NCBI GenBank assembly: GCA_048882965.1
Contig: JBHLRC010000001.1
Location: forward strand, 18,716-82,715
DNA: 64,000 bases
Origin: Candidatus Thorarchaeota archaeon
GTDB taxonomy: Archaea; Asgardarchaeota; Thorarchaeia; Thorarchaeales; Thorarchaeaceae
Direction: 5' to 3'
Shown here: in pieces, positions 36,003-44,883 of the stretch
How the letters are laid out: every line of letters begins with the position of its first letter
Position numbering within the stretch: the first letter of the stretch is position 1
The notes under the pieces: generated by a model
Seen by the model: only the letters and a program-made list of their open reading frames with translations
The model's database searches: none
Told to the model about the DNA's origin: nothing
Program-made: the position numbers and the translations under genes

Positions 36003-36361
36003 TGGAGACGGAGATTTCGCTTAGAAAGCTCAAGTTGAATGGTCTTCTGAAGTTCGGTGAGTTCTGGTGTTAGAGTTTCAAGTTTCTTCTCTGCTTGCTC
36101 AATACCTTTCTGGAGGCTTTTGGTTTCAGACTCGAGTTCATCAACCATAGCAGGCTTTTCCACTCTGAACATGACCTGACCAACAGCCTTGTAGGTTACC
36201 GTATCATCAGGTTGTTTCTTCAGATTTTCTAAGGTTTCATTCAGTTGTCTGACCCGTTCCTTGTAATTTTCAACCATGTTGGCAAATGCTTCTTGCTGAC
36301 GCCTCAGATTATCGTATTTCCTAAGGTCTTTCTCCAATTCTGGGGGGATGTTCTGCGCCAT
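35999..36361 (-). CDS. pfdB: Prefoldin beta subunit
   Basis: 120-aa coiled coil - beta hairpins - coiled coil (TVTYKAVGQVMFRVEK), in the canonical position in the superoperon. Confidence 0.8.
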   Translation of the reverse strand: MAQNIPPELEKDLRKYDNLRRQQEAFANMVENYKERVRQLNETLENLKKQPDDTVTYKAVGQVMFRVEKPAMVDELESETKSLQKGIEQAEKKLETLTPELTELQKTIQLELSKRNLRLQ

Positions 36362-36445
36362 TATTGTCGATCTCCTCTCTTCATAAAGGGCTCATTTCAG
36401 ACTGCGCCTTATTAGTTGGGACTTAAGCGTTTTGCTTTGTCTGTG

Positions 36446-36706
36446 TTAATCCACTTGCTCAAGTGATCTGACACATGCAGAAACCCATGCAATGAATGAA
36501 TTCATTGCTGCACGTAATGCTGTGAGATCTTCTGCCTCTACCTCTATTATTAGAACGGATTCACGTAATGATACGGTTGTTGTGGCCCTATCTGAAGGAC
36601 CTGATTCAGTTTCAGGTAAGAGAGCTGCAAGTAGTATTTCCGCAGTTTCTATTGACTCGAGAGGAATCTCAATCACTGATTTCCCCACAACTAATTTTGA
36701 GCTCAT
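36446..36706 (-). CDS. pcc1: KEOPS subunit Pcc1
   Basis: 86 aa. AEILLAALLPE...LIIEVEAEDLTALRAAMNSFIAWV matches the Pcc1/CTAG pattern (A.D..aLRA..NsfLrw). Confidence 0.75.
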   Translation of the reverse strand: MSSKLVVGKSVIEIPLESIETAEILLAALLPETESGPSDRATTTVSLRESVLIIEVEAEDLTALRAAMNSFIAWVSACVRSLEQVD

Positions 36707-36707
36707 C

Positions 36708-37265
36708 CTATTCCTTCCTCCAAACCGATTTCACTCTGATCCGTGGACCGATTTCAACACCTTTTCCAGATAGATAGTGAGTCCAAAGAATCTTACCAGA
36801 AGGCATGTCTTCCAGCCAAATTAATGATGAGTTATCTTCATGATTAATATCATCAGGAGAGACAATTTCAAGCAATTCAAGGTTTAGAAAAGAAGCGAGG
36901 AGATTCCCAAGTTCTTTGGTCTTAACACTACTTCCAGTCTTTACGAAAACTCCTGCAGTTCGTGCGATCCTGTTGTTCCTAGCTGGAGTGATTTCGCGTC
37001 GGAGCTTGGCACTCTCAATCTTTATGGAAACAATCTCCTCCCCTACAGCATTCATGAAAATGAGAAGGCTGGGATTACCTTTCCACATTGATATCACTAA
37101 AGATGCATTTGCACCAGATTGACCAACTCTTGCTGCTAATTCGGTAAGCCCGATGCTCCCCCGATTGAATCGTTCAGAACCGGGAAGTACTGTCCATAAA
37201 TCCCGTGCAAAGGAACGCACTCGATTGGAAGTCTTCCGAGATGTGGTAATCAGTAAAGTTGGCAA
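36708..37265 (-). CDS. Brix-domain ribosome biogenesis protein (Imp4-like)
   Basis: LLITTSRKTSNRVRSFARDL is the typical archaeal Brix N-terminus. TTG start. Confidence 0.75.
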   Translation of the reverse strand: MPTLLITTSRKTSNRVRSFARDLWTVLPGSERFNRGSIGLTELAARVGQSGANASLVISMWKGNPSLLIFMNAVGEEIVSIKIESAKLRREITPARNNRIARTAGVFVKTGSSVKTKELGNLLASFLNLELLEIVSPDDINHEDNSSLIWLEDMPSGKILWTHYLSGKGVEIGPRIRVKSVWRKE

Positions 37266-37270
37266 AATAG

Positions 37271-37672
37271 TTACTCTTCTTCAGAAGGAGATTCTGTGTC
37301 GTTTTCAGACACCGTTTCTGCCTGAAGTTCAATCTCCTCTCGTTCAACATTGGGGAGGAAGTCAACAACATCTTCAATTTCCTCATCATCTCGAAGTGCA
37401 AGAAAGTCACCCGAAACTCTTTGGGCAATAGCTCTCTTTGCTGCTTTACCAGCGTCAGTATAAGGAACATAAGCTCCGCCAGCAAAAAGCAGGTTGCATT
37501 TGCTGCATTTCCACAAGCCTACAGCTTGTCTCTTGAGAGCTTTTGTAGCACAAGCTGGACAACGTGTTGGTTCCTTCCTTCGGTTGTCGATATCAAGGAC
37601 TCTGCGGCGTAATTTGGCACCATATCTAGATCCGAATCTTCCTGTGCTACCAACTTTTTTGGTTCGTGCCAT
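37271..37672 (-). CDS. rpl37ae: Ribosomal protein L37ae (eL43) with an acidic C-terminal extension
   Basis: MARTKKVGSTGRFGSRYG and the zinc ribbon CPAC...CSKC. About 45 extra acidic residues at the C-terminus. Confidence 0.9.
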   Translation of the reverse strand: MARTKKVGSTGRFGSRYGAKLRRRVLDIDNRRKEPTRCPACATKALKRQAVGLWKCSKCNLLFAGGAYVPYTDAGKAAKRAIAQRVSGDFLALRDDEEIEDVVDFLPNVEREEIELQAETVSENDTESPSEEE

Positions 37673-37797
37673 TTTCTGGTCTCCTTGTCTATAGGCTGCT
37701 GGAACCTATCAGTCGCCCAGCAGTTTTTCTTATTAGGATATCTATTTGCCCGCAGAATGTAGATGATTAGGATTGTGCCCTAACCATCCAGTTTTGT

Positions 37798-38634
37798 CTA
37801 TTCTGCTGATTTTACGGCTTCTTCGATTGCCTTATGAATGTCCTTGTGAACTTCAAGAGCCATTTCCATAGCCTGGTCTACAAGTTCTAAGGACATTGGA
37901 CCGGATCCGCCACCTTTTTGCATAGCAGTGAAGTTATCATCCCTATCGACAGCCATTGTCAATCTGCAGTCTTGAGCAAACTCCTCTTTCAGGATAGTAT
38001 CAAGGATTAGATTGTCCTCAATTTTCGCTACTGTGTGCTCAACTGCAATGTTGTTGACGGGTAGAGGCAATATCTCACCAGTGGCTACAACATTTTTCTC
38101 TTCCCACTTCATCTCAGGAAACTTGGTAGTGAGTAGAGCAGCATTAACTGCAATGGATGATGCATCAATGAGGTTACCATCGTACTCCATCGGGTATACA
38201 TCTGCAAATACCATGTAGACTTTTTTGCCTTCTTCAATGCAGAGTTTCTTAACATCCACAGTCTCAGACTCTCTTACACCCCTGTCTACAACTCGAGCCA
38301 GCTCGATGGCATCTTCCTTTGGGGGGCCAAGTTCGAATAACGGCGATGCGATAGGAGACATCTCAGCTGTAACCATGGTTACTCCTTCATCAGGAGAATC
38401 CGGATAAGGATCGCCTACAAGAACCTTCACACCGGCAACAACCGAGGTATTGCCCAGTCTGACTAAAGCTGAGCCCTCAGCTTTTGCTGGTACTACATTG
38501 GTTTCAATCTCTAGCTCTCGATATTCATTGAATGCACGACCATCAAGTCGTTCTCCCTTGCGAAGAAGGTCTGCAATAAACTCACGATCAATATGACTAA
38601 TTGTTTCAGAGCTGTAATCACCCATTCTACTCAT
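37798..38634 (-). CDS. rrp42: Exosome complex subunit Rrp42 (RNase PH-like, inactive)
   Basis: RLDGRAFNEYRELEIE...AEGSALVRLGNTSVVAGVK. 8-nt overlap with rrp41. Confidence 0.9.
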   Translation of the reverse strand: MSRMGDYSSETISHIDREFIADLLRKGERLDGRAFNEYRELEIETNVVPAKAEGSALVRLGNTSVVAGVKVLVGDPYPDSPDEGVTMVTAEMSPIASPLFELGPPKEDAIELARVVDRGVRESETVDVKKLCIEEGKKVYMVFADVYPMEYDGNLIDASSIAVNAALLTTKFPEMKWEEKNVVATGEILPLPVNNIAVEHTVAKIEDNLILDTILKEEFAQDCRLTMAVDRDDNFTAMQKGGGSGPMSLELVDQAMEMALEVHKDIHKAIEEAVKSAE

Positions 38635-39445
38635 CCTCCATCAAGGCGGCTTCGCCAAGATCTGTTTCTAGATCATCGTCGAAGTCATCATCATCTTCGT
38701 CGTCGTCCCCATCATCAGGTGCTTTCTTTACATACTCCCTACGAAGTGCCTCTTTTTGCAGTTCGTGAAGGTATTTGCAGGAATTAATTCCCATCTGCAT
38801 TGCTTCCATGAGTTCTCCTCGAGTGAACGATCCATCCTGTTGAAGAAGGGTTATTTCATCTGTGAGAGGTATAATTGCCATTGGCACATCACCCTGACCG
38901 TACTTGTCTTCTTCATCACCAAGGTCTACAATGAGTTTTCCATCAGCTTTACCAACTGCAACAGCAGGTACTAGGCTTTTCATTGGAATTCCTGCGTCTG
39001 CCAGTGCTAAGGATGCAGCATTGATTGCTGCACAACGAGTACCACCATCTGCTTGTATAACTTGAACGAAGACATCCACTACTGCTTTCGGAAATTCCTC
39101 AAGAAATAGTGCAGGTTTCAATGCATTCGCAATTACCATCGAAATCTCCTTCTCTCTTCGAGATGGAGCTGGCCGCTTTCTGTCGGGTACAGAAAATGTT
39201 GCCATCCGATATTCAACTCGTAAATATGCCCTATCGTTCAATGTCAGGTGTCTTGGATGTAATTCTCTCGGACCATATACACCTGCGATGATGTAGGTTT
39301 TTCCTTGTCGGATGGATGCTGAACCATTAGCTTGTTTGAGCACTCCAACCTTTAGCTCAATCGGTCGTAATTCATCAGGTCTTCGACCATCTATCCTCAA
39401 ACCCTCTGGACTAATCAAAAAATCGGGCTTTACTTCAGGACTCAT
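38627..39445 (-). CDS. rrp41: Exosome complex exonuclease Rrp41 (RNase PH-like) with a poly-acidic C-terminal tail
   Basis: RIDGRRPDELRPIELKVGVL..ANGSA....GKT.IIAGVYGPRE and ADGGTRCAAINAASLALADAG. The tail is DDGDDDEDDDDFDDD. Confidence 0.9.
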   Translation of the reverse strand: MSPEVKPDFLISPEGLRIDGRRPDELRPIELKVGVLKQANGSASIRQGKTYIIAGVYGPRELHPRHLTLNDRAYLRVEYRMATFSVPDRKRPAPSRREKEISMVIANALKPALFLEEFPKAVVDVFVQVIQADGGTRCAAINAASLALADAGIPMKSLVPAVAVGKADGKLIVDLGDEEDKYGQGDVPMAIIPLTDEITLLQQDGSFTRGELMEAMQMGINSCKYLHELQKEALRREYVKKAPDDGDDDEDDDDFDDDLETDLGEAALMEDE

Positions 39446-40389
39446 TCGTCATTCACTTCCTCTGTCTGTTTATCATTTTCTTCATCTTTTTCTTTAGCCT
39501 CAGCCTCGACCTCTGTTGGTTTCTCTTCTTCAACTTCAGTCACAGTTTCAGGCTCTGGTTCAGGTTCCGGTTCTTGTTCGGGTTCGGATGCAGGTTTTGA
39601 TTCGGATTCCACCTCATCGGGTGTTTCTGTTTCAGCAACCTCTGCCTCAGAAGTTTCATCGGAAACACTGATTTCTTCAGGTTCTTGTTCAAGCTCACTG
39701 CGACCCTTGATCTTTGCCATTTCTTCCGTAAGCATCTCACTAATTCGGTCAGTGAGTTTGGATGTGTGCGCTTGATCCTCAATGGTTCTAAATGCCTTAA
39801 TTGCTAGTCTGAGAACCTCTGTGCTAGGAGCACGTATCCAAATTCGTCCGTTCTGACCCACCATAGTTTGGATGTTCAAGTGATCTTTGATCATGTTTAT
39901 CATAGACCCTCTTCTTCCAATTATCCGGGGTATTTTAGCAGGACTCACTTTTAGAACCATGCCGCCTTGGAGAACTCTAAGTCCACGTCCTTTCATCCCA
40001 AGGAATGGACCACTTCCTCTGTCAAAAGCAATCACTTCAGCTGCAATCACGTCTCCGATATCCATGTATTCAGAGATATCATCAGAGTAAGGTCTCCTCA
40101 ACGCATTATTTGCATGAAGGGATGCACCATACGGTCCACCAATGTCTACTTTCCAATTGTTACCAGCCACTAGAGTTATTGTACCAACTACTAGATCACC
40201 ATCTTTTGGGATATAGGCACCCTCAAGAGCTACCACCTTCACAGTGTTTCCTCTGAGTTCTGCTAAACCCACGAGTGAAGAGAATATTTTACCACCCTCT
40301 TCATAAGTGCCAAAAGAGGCTCGGTATCTACCCTCTGCGAGTAACTGACCAGGGACCACTACTTCTCGTTTCTGAAAATATACTGCCAA
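39442..40389 (-). CDS. rrp4: Exosome RNA-binding cap subunit Rrp4 (S1 + KH) with a roughly 90-aa Glu/Pro-rich tail
   Basis: VVPGQLLAEG, an S1-like core (GDLVVGTIT...NWKVDIGG), a KH region (IPRIIGRRGSMINMI), then EPEQEPEPEPEPE. TTG start. Confidence 0.9.
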   Translation of the reverse strand: MAVYFQKREVVVPGQLLAEGRYRASFGTYEEGGKIFSSLVGLAELRGNTVKVVALEGAYIPKDGDLVVGTITLVAGNNWKVDIGGPYGASLHANNALRRPYSDDISEYMDIGDVIAAEVIAFDRGSGPFLGMKGRGLRVLQGGMVLKVSPAKIPRIIGRRGSMINMIKDHLNIQTMVGQNGRIWIRAPSTEVLRLAIKAFRTIEDQAHTSKLTDRISEMLTEEMAKIKGRSELEQEPEEISVSDETSEAEVAETETPDEVESESKPASEPEQEPEPEPEPETVTEVEEEKPTEVEAEAKEKDEENDKQTEEVNDE

Positions 40390-40449
40390 TTATTCAATCC
40401 CTCATTTTGTAATCTTTATGATTTTCAATTCATTATACTTTGTTTCCAC

Positions 40450-41184
40450 TCATCTGACGACTTCGATTCTTATTTGCCCCTTCGTCAGCTTATTGAGTTC
40501 ATCATAGAGTTCCTGTCTTTTCTGCGCAGGAATCTCAACAAGCCCAGTCCAAGACCCATCTTGACCCCATGATTGAGATTTAATCACACCAGCAGTTGCA
40601 ACCATATTGTAACCTTTACCAGAGAATGAGGCAGGTAGAGTGATTTGAAGTTTCACACTCTCAAATGAGATAGGTATTATCACACGGAGCGCTTTCACAA
40701 CAGTGGGAATCTGCTCATCCACACTGATGAAAGGATCAACATGGACCTTCGCTTCCTCCATAGCCTGTCGTATTCTATCAGGTGGATGGGGATGTCCGGT
40801 TTGGGGGTTCATAGCACGCTTGGCTATATGTTCTATGATGGTTTCTGTCTTTTCTGCAACAAGTTGTTCTCTCTGTTCGTGTGTTAATCGGAATTCACCT
40901 TGTTTGATTATCTCTGGAGCAATGTCAAAAATCTCATCAGACCCAAAGGCATCTTTAACAAGACTGTCTGTTGCATGTTCACCGCGTCTTGCATCTTCAT
41001 AGATTTCGAATGACTTTAGAATTTCTTCAAGGGGAATATCTTCACCGCGACGGTAATCAAATGCCAGATTTGGATCTACGAACAGTTCGAATCGAAGGTG
41101 ACCTTTTTGTATTCCGATGACTACTGCATCAAGATCAATCCATTTTTCGCCTGTTTTACGACCAGATCCTCCACCACTCATCAT
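40450..41184 (-). CDS. sdo1: SBDS-family ribosome maturation protein (Sdo1)
   Basis: FELFVDPNLAF...EIYEDARRGEHA...FGSDEIFDIAPEIIKQGEFRLTHEQR matches archaeal SBDS. Confidence 0.9.
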   Translation of the reverse strand: MMSGGGSGRKTGEKWIDLDAVVIGIQKGHLRFELFVDPNLAFDYRRGEDIPLEEILKSFEIYEDARRGEHATDSLVKDAFGSDEIFDIAPEIIKQGEFRLTHEQREQLVAEKTETIIEHIAKRAMNPQTGHPHPPDRIRQAMEEAKVHVDPFISVDEQIPTVVKALRVIIPISFESVKLQITLPASFSGKGYNMVATAGVIKSQSWGQDGSWTGLVEIPAQKRQELYDELNKLTKGQIRIEVVR

Positions 41185-41194
41185 AAGTCAACTC

Positions 41195-41941
41195 TTAGTC
41201 CTTTTTGGGCCTGGTAGGTTTGAGGAATCCCATAATCTCATTATCAGACAGTTTCTCAAAAGTGCGAGTCTTCACTGGGATTTTTACTATCTCAACATTG
41301 TCTGCTGTCAGTTCCTTTTCCGTGGCCTCACGGAGGGAACCTAGTGCTATCTCAATGGCTTCGTCAAGACTCAACTTTCGATTGTATCTCTGTTCGAGGT
41401 ATTCACCAGCTCGTGCAGCACCTCTTCCGATGATAGAGGCTAGAAAGCCCCAATATGTGCCCACTGGATCTGTGACATATAGTTTGGGGGAACCATCATG
41501 GTCAACTGAACCAAATATCATTGCAACACCATAGGGTCTCGCACCGCCTCCCTGAGTGAATTGTGCCTTTAAATCACAAATATGTTCAGCCAAAACTTCA
41601 GCTGGAACAGGTTCCTCATATGTTAACCAATATGACTGCGCCTTGACTCGTGCTTCTGCAATCAGTCTTCGGGCATCAGCCATCAAACCAGATGTTGCAA
41701 CTCCAACATGCTCATCAATCTTCGAAATCTTCTCCACACTATCAGGCTCTTGAAGTGGTTGTATTTTCTTCTCAGCAAGAAGAATAATCCCGTCGTCCAC
41801 AAGAACCCCTATTGAAGTAGCACCCTGTTCAACTGCTTTCTTTGCATACTCAGCAGCGAATATTCGTCCATCAGGACTGAAGATGCTGGTACTCATATCA
41901 TAACCAGCGCCAGAGATCCCAAACACAGTATCTTCCTCCAA
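41195..41941 (-). CDS. psmA: Proteasome alpha subunit
   Basis: YDMSTSIFSPDGRIFAAEYAKKAVEQG is the alpha-subunit signature. The TTG start is required to retain the conserved N-terminus. Confidence 0.9.
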   Translation of the reverse strand: MEEDTVFGISGAGYDMSTSIFSPDGRIFAAEYAKKAVEQGATSIGVLVDDGIILLAEKKIQPLQEPDSVEKISKIDEHVGVATSGLMADARRLIAEARVKAQSYWLTYEEPVPAEVLAEHICDLKAQFTQGGGARPYGVAMIFGSVDHDGSPKLYVTDPVGTYWGFLASIIGRGAARAGEYLEQRYNRKLSLDEAIEIALGSLREATEKELTADNVEIVKIPVKTRTFEKLSDNEIMGFLKPTRPKKD

Positions 41942-42148
41942 GCAATCACCAGAACAAAACGGAAGTCAGAACTATTCGAAGACATTCAATCTAACAATTC
42001 CGAAGAGTTGAGAAGACTACTTTGCTACCAGCCCGAGGCATCGCTGCCACTAGGCTCTAACTCGAAAACCAAGACCTATGCTCATAAAGCTTCTGGTGCA
42101 TCCGAATCTTTGCTAAGACCGATAAAGTCCAGCCATAACAAGTAGACT

Positions 42149-42559
42149 TTATTCTTGAAGAAGGTAGAGATAGACTACAAACCCAAGAGAGAGAACTACT
42201 GTTGCTGCTCCAACAAAGAGACCAAACATAGCAGTTGCCATTATTGCGATGAAAATAACGAGAATAATAACCTCAAGCCAACCAGCACGAATATTTGTCA
42301 ATATCAACCTCAGATTGATGACTGTTACTGAGAGAGAGATGAAAACCATTAGCATTACAAGTACTTCAATGAGAACAGTAAGAGCAGGATTAAGCTCATT
42401 TATTGCACCAACAGGACTTGAATCAATAACATCTGGAGAGGACCACGCCCAGAATGCTAATCCCAATATTATGAACACTACAGTGAGTAGTACCGTAATT
42501 ATGGTAGAGCGCAGCATATCGCTTCTTTCAGGAATATCATCGCTCACTGTTCTTCGCAC
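42149..42559 (-). CDS. Hypothetical membrane protein
   Basis: Four hydrophobic helices. No family recognised. Confidence 0.45.
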   Translation of the reverse strand: MRRTVSDDIPERSDMLRSTIITVLLTVVFIILGLAFWAWSSPDVIDSSPVGAINELNPALTVLIEVLVMLMVFISLSVTVINLRLILTNIRAGWLEVIILVIFIAIMATAMFGLFVGAATVVLSLGFVVYLYLLQE

Positions 42560-42638
42560 CGACCTTGAAACTCGAGGATTTACGTTTCACTCTTAAACAT
42601 ACCGACCGATTCAACGTGTCATATTATCAATGATTGGT

Positions 42639-43589
42639 TCAATGGTCATGCGTATGGTCATGCTCCACATTAGTCATCAACTGTTTCATAGTTACATCTT
42701 GAGGTTCGATTGGACCCTCATCAAGTTCCACATGGACCCTTTCACGTACTCGTTTAATCTGTAGAGCTAGTAGGTATGATAGAGCAGCCAGAATGCCTGC
42801 GATAGCACTTGGGGATACAAATACAACAAACGATGTTGCTATACCAACTAATTCAGCAACAAGAGCAATTACAAAGACTGCAAAAATGATTCCCCGGATA
42901 GATCTAACAAGTTCATTTGCTGCTGCTGCAGGAGCGACCATTACTGCATATACCAGAATTGCACCAACTGCCTTCGTGGCAAGTGCAATGGCTAGCGCTG
43001 AAATAATGAGCATGAGATAATGATATGCACGTGCGTTCATCCCGTGTGCAACTGAACCTTCCATGTCAACACTGACATACACAAATTCCTTGTTGAACAT
43101 CAATGTGATAAATCCAAGGAGAACTGCAGTACTTGCTAACATGATGACATCAAGATTGTTCAGAAGCAGAATGTCACCTATCAAATAGCCCCATATCTGA
43201 GGAACACGGTATGGAGGAATGTAGTACATCAAAAATACTGCAATGCTCATTGAGAGAGCAAAAGAAACGCCCACAGCCACCTCCATTTTTTGTGTTATTC
43301 CTGATTCTCCAGCATAACCTGTGAAAACGGCTACTAATACACTAAAAAGTAAAGCACCTAAAATTGGATTAAACCATGGAACTAGACCCGTATCCTGTAG
43401 GAATATTCCTAACGCAGTTCCACCTAAGGCAGCATGAGCAACACCAGATGCCATGAATGAAAGTCCCCGGAATACCATGAAAGTCCCACTGGCAGCTGCT
43501 ACTATGGCGATTAGAATTGATGCAACAATAGCTCGTTGGAGGAAAGGACTGTCTAGAATTAGCTGAATAATCTCAATCATGCCGATCAA
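42639..43589 (-). CDS. Metal (Zn/Mn-type) ABC transporter permease (ABC-3 family) with a His-rich C-terminal tail
   Basis: ZnuB/MntB-like polytopic protein (GVAHAALGG, AVGAILV). The tail is NVEHDHTHDH. Confidence 0.8.
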   Translation of the reverse strand: MIGMIEIIQLILDSPFLQRAIVASILIAIVAAASGTFMVFRGLSFMASGVAHAALGGTALGIFLQDTGLVPWFNPILGALLFSVLVAVFTGYAGESGITQKMEVAVGVSFALSMSIAVFLMYYIPPYRVPQIWGYLIGDILLLNNLDVIMLASTAVLLGFITLMFNKEFVYVSVDMEGSVAHGMNARAYHYLMLIISALAIALATKAVGAILVYAVMVAPAAAANELVRSIRGIIFAVFVIALVAELVGIATSFVVFVSPSAIAGILAALSYLLALQIKRVRERVHVELDEGPIEPQDVTMKQLMTNVEHDHTHDH

Positions 43590-44379
43590 TTCCTGAATCT
43601 TTAGTCATGCAGTAACGATGTCCTGAATATTCAACAATCCTTGCAGTTGGACCGTACACTTTTTTCATTAAATCAGGATCCATAACCGTACATGGCTCTC
43701 CAATCCCAATTACGGTATTCTTCAGAAGTAAGACATCCTGAACTAAAGTATGAATTGGATTGAGGTCGTGTGTGACCATGACTATGCTCACATCGTTCTC
43801 CTTGTGATATCTTCCCAAAGCCTCAACGATGAGGTCCTGACTCTCCACATCTGTCCCTGCCAGAGGTTCATCAAGAACTAGAATTGATCCCTCACTGGCA
43901 AGTGCTCTCGCCACAAGCACCCTCTGGCGTTGCCCTCCTGAGAGCTCTGGAAAAGGTCTGTCCCATAGGTCAGCCATGTCTACCTGCTCTAAGGCTTCCT
44001 TGGCCCTTTTGATATCCTTCGATGAAGCAAATCGTGGTGGTAGTTTCTTCAGAAGCCGACCCATTAAGACGATGTCCTTCACCTTCATGGGAACTGTGAG
44101 TTCAATTCGATCTCGTTGTGGAACATACCTCACTATCTTTCTAATCTTTCCAGAGTTTTTCACCGAATCATAACCATTGACCCTGATGTGCCCTTTGAAA
44201 GGTTTAATGAGTCCCAGGAAAGTTTTGACCAGAGTTGATTTTCCAGAACCATTAGGACCAATGATTGCCATGAAGCTTGGTGATTCAATTTGAAAAGTCA
44301 CGTTATGAAGAGCTAGCTCACCATTGGGATAACGTACCGCTAAGTCATTAGCTTCCAGCAAGGGAACCGAAGCCATCAA
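43573..44379 (-). CDS. Metal ABC transporter ATP-binding protein (ZnuC-like)
   Basis: Walker A GPNGSGKST, signature LSGGQRQR, Walker B ILVLDEPL. Confidence 0.85.
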   Translation of the reverse strand: MMASVPLLEANDLAVRYPNGELALHNVTFQIESPSFMAIIGPNGSGKSTLVKTFLGLIKPFKGHIRVNGYDSVKNSGKIRKIVRYVPQRDRIELTVPMKVKDIVLMGRLLKKLPPRFASSKDIKRAKEALEQVDMADLWDRPFPELSGGQRQRVLVARALASEGSILVLDEPLAGTDVESQDLIVEALGRYHKENDVSIVMVTHDLNPIHTLVQDVLLLKNTVIGIGEPCTVMDPDLMKKVYGPTARIVEYSGHRYCMTKDSGIDRHD

Positions 44380-44801
44380 TTCTTTCCTCCTATTAGGCTG
44401 ACCTCAACTTTGAGAACTTTCTTCTGCGCACGTAATTTTTTGAGGAAACCACGCACCACATCAGCATTCGCTGTAATAATCATCACTTCAACACAACTAC
44501 CATCACTAGTATGAGAATGTACTGTAGCGGAAATGATGTCTTTGAATTCATGTTGAACTGTCCTGATGTTCTGCCCATGTCCCTTCTTGTAATAGAGTGC
44601 GGTGATGACAGCAGTGACAATCCCCGTTACACTCTCTATTGTCCTATGTTCAGATAATAATGCTTGAACAGCATGGCGGACCAAGTCGGACCGATTAGCA
44701 AATTCACCCTCTTTGAGGAGTGTTTCTAGTTCTTCAAGGTCAGATTCTGTCATGGACACAGCAATGACAGAAGGTTTAGGTTTGTCACTCAACTTCGCCA
44801 T
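44376..44801 (-). CDS. NikR-like ribbon-helix-helix (CopG) regulator with a C-terminal ACT-like metal-sensing domain
   Basis: RHH N-terminus (VIAVSMTESDLEELETLLKEGEFANRSDLVRHAVQALL). The C-terminal domain has H...H.H...C (HEF...VHSHTSDGSC). 4-nt overlap with the ATPase gene. Confidence 0.65.
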   Translation of the reverse strand: MAKLSDKPKPSVIAVSMTESDLEELETLLKEGEFANRSDLVRHAVQALLSEHRTIESVTGIVTAVITALYYKKGHGQNIRTVQHEFKDIISATVHSHTSDGSCVEVMIITANADVVRGFLKKLRAQKKVLKVEVSLIGGKN

Positions 44802-44883
44802 AGAAAACAGCCCTACTGTTAGTAACTATTTCAAAATTATTATTAAGGATTTGGCTAGATGATGGATAGGAGCGATTGTTCTG

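Noticed and set aside
41942-42148. 207-nt gap upstream of psmA examined for a tRNA, C/D-box sRNA or other ncRNA
   Set aside because: Neither strand shows a T-loop (GTTCGAATC-like) or D-loop consensus, a C box (RTGATGA)/D box (CTGA) pair, or a strong stem. It is most simply the superoperon promoter/leader.
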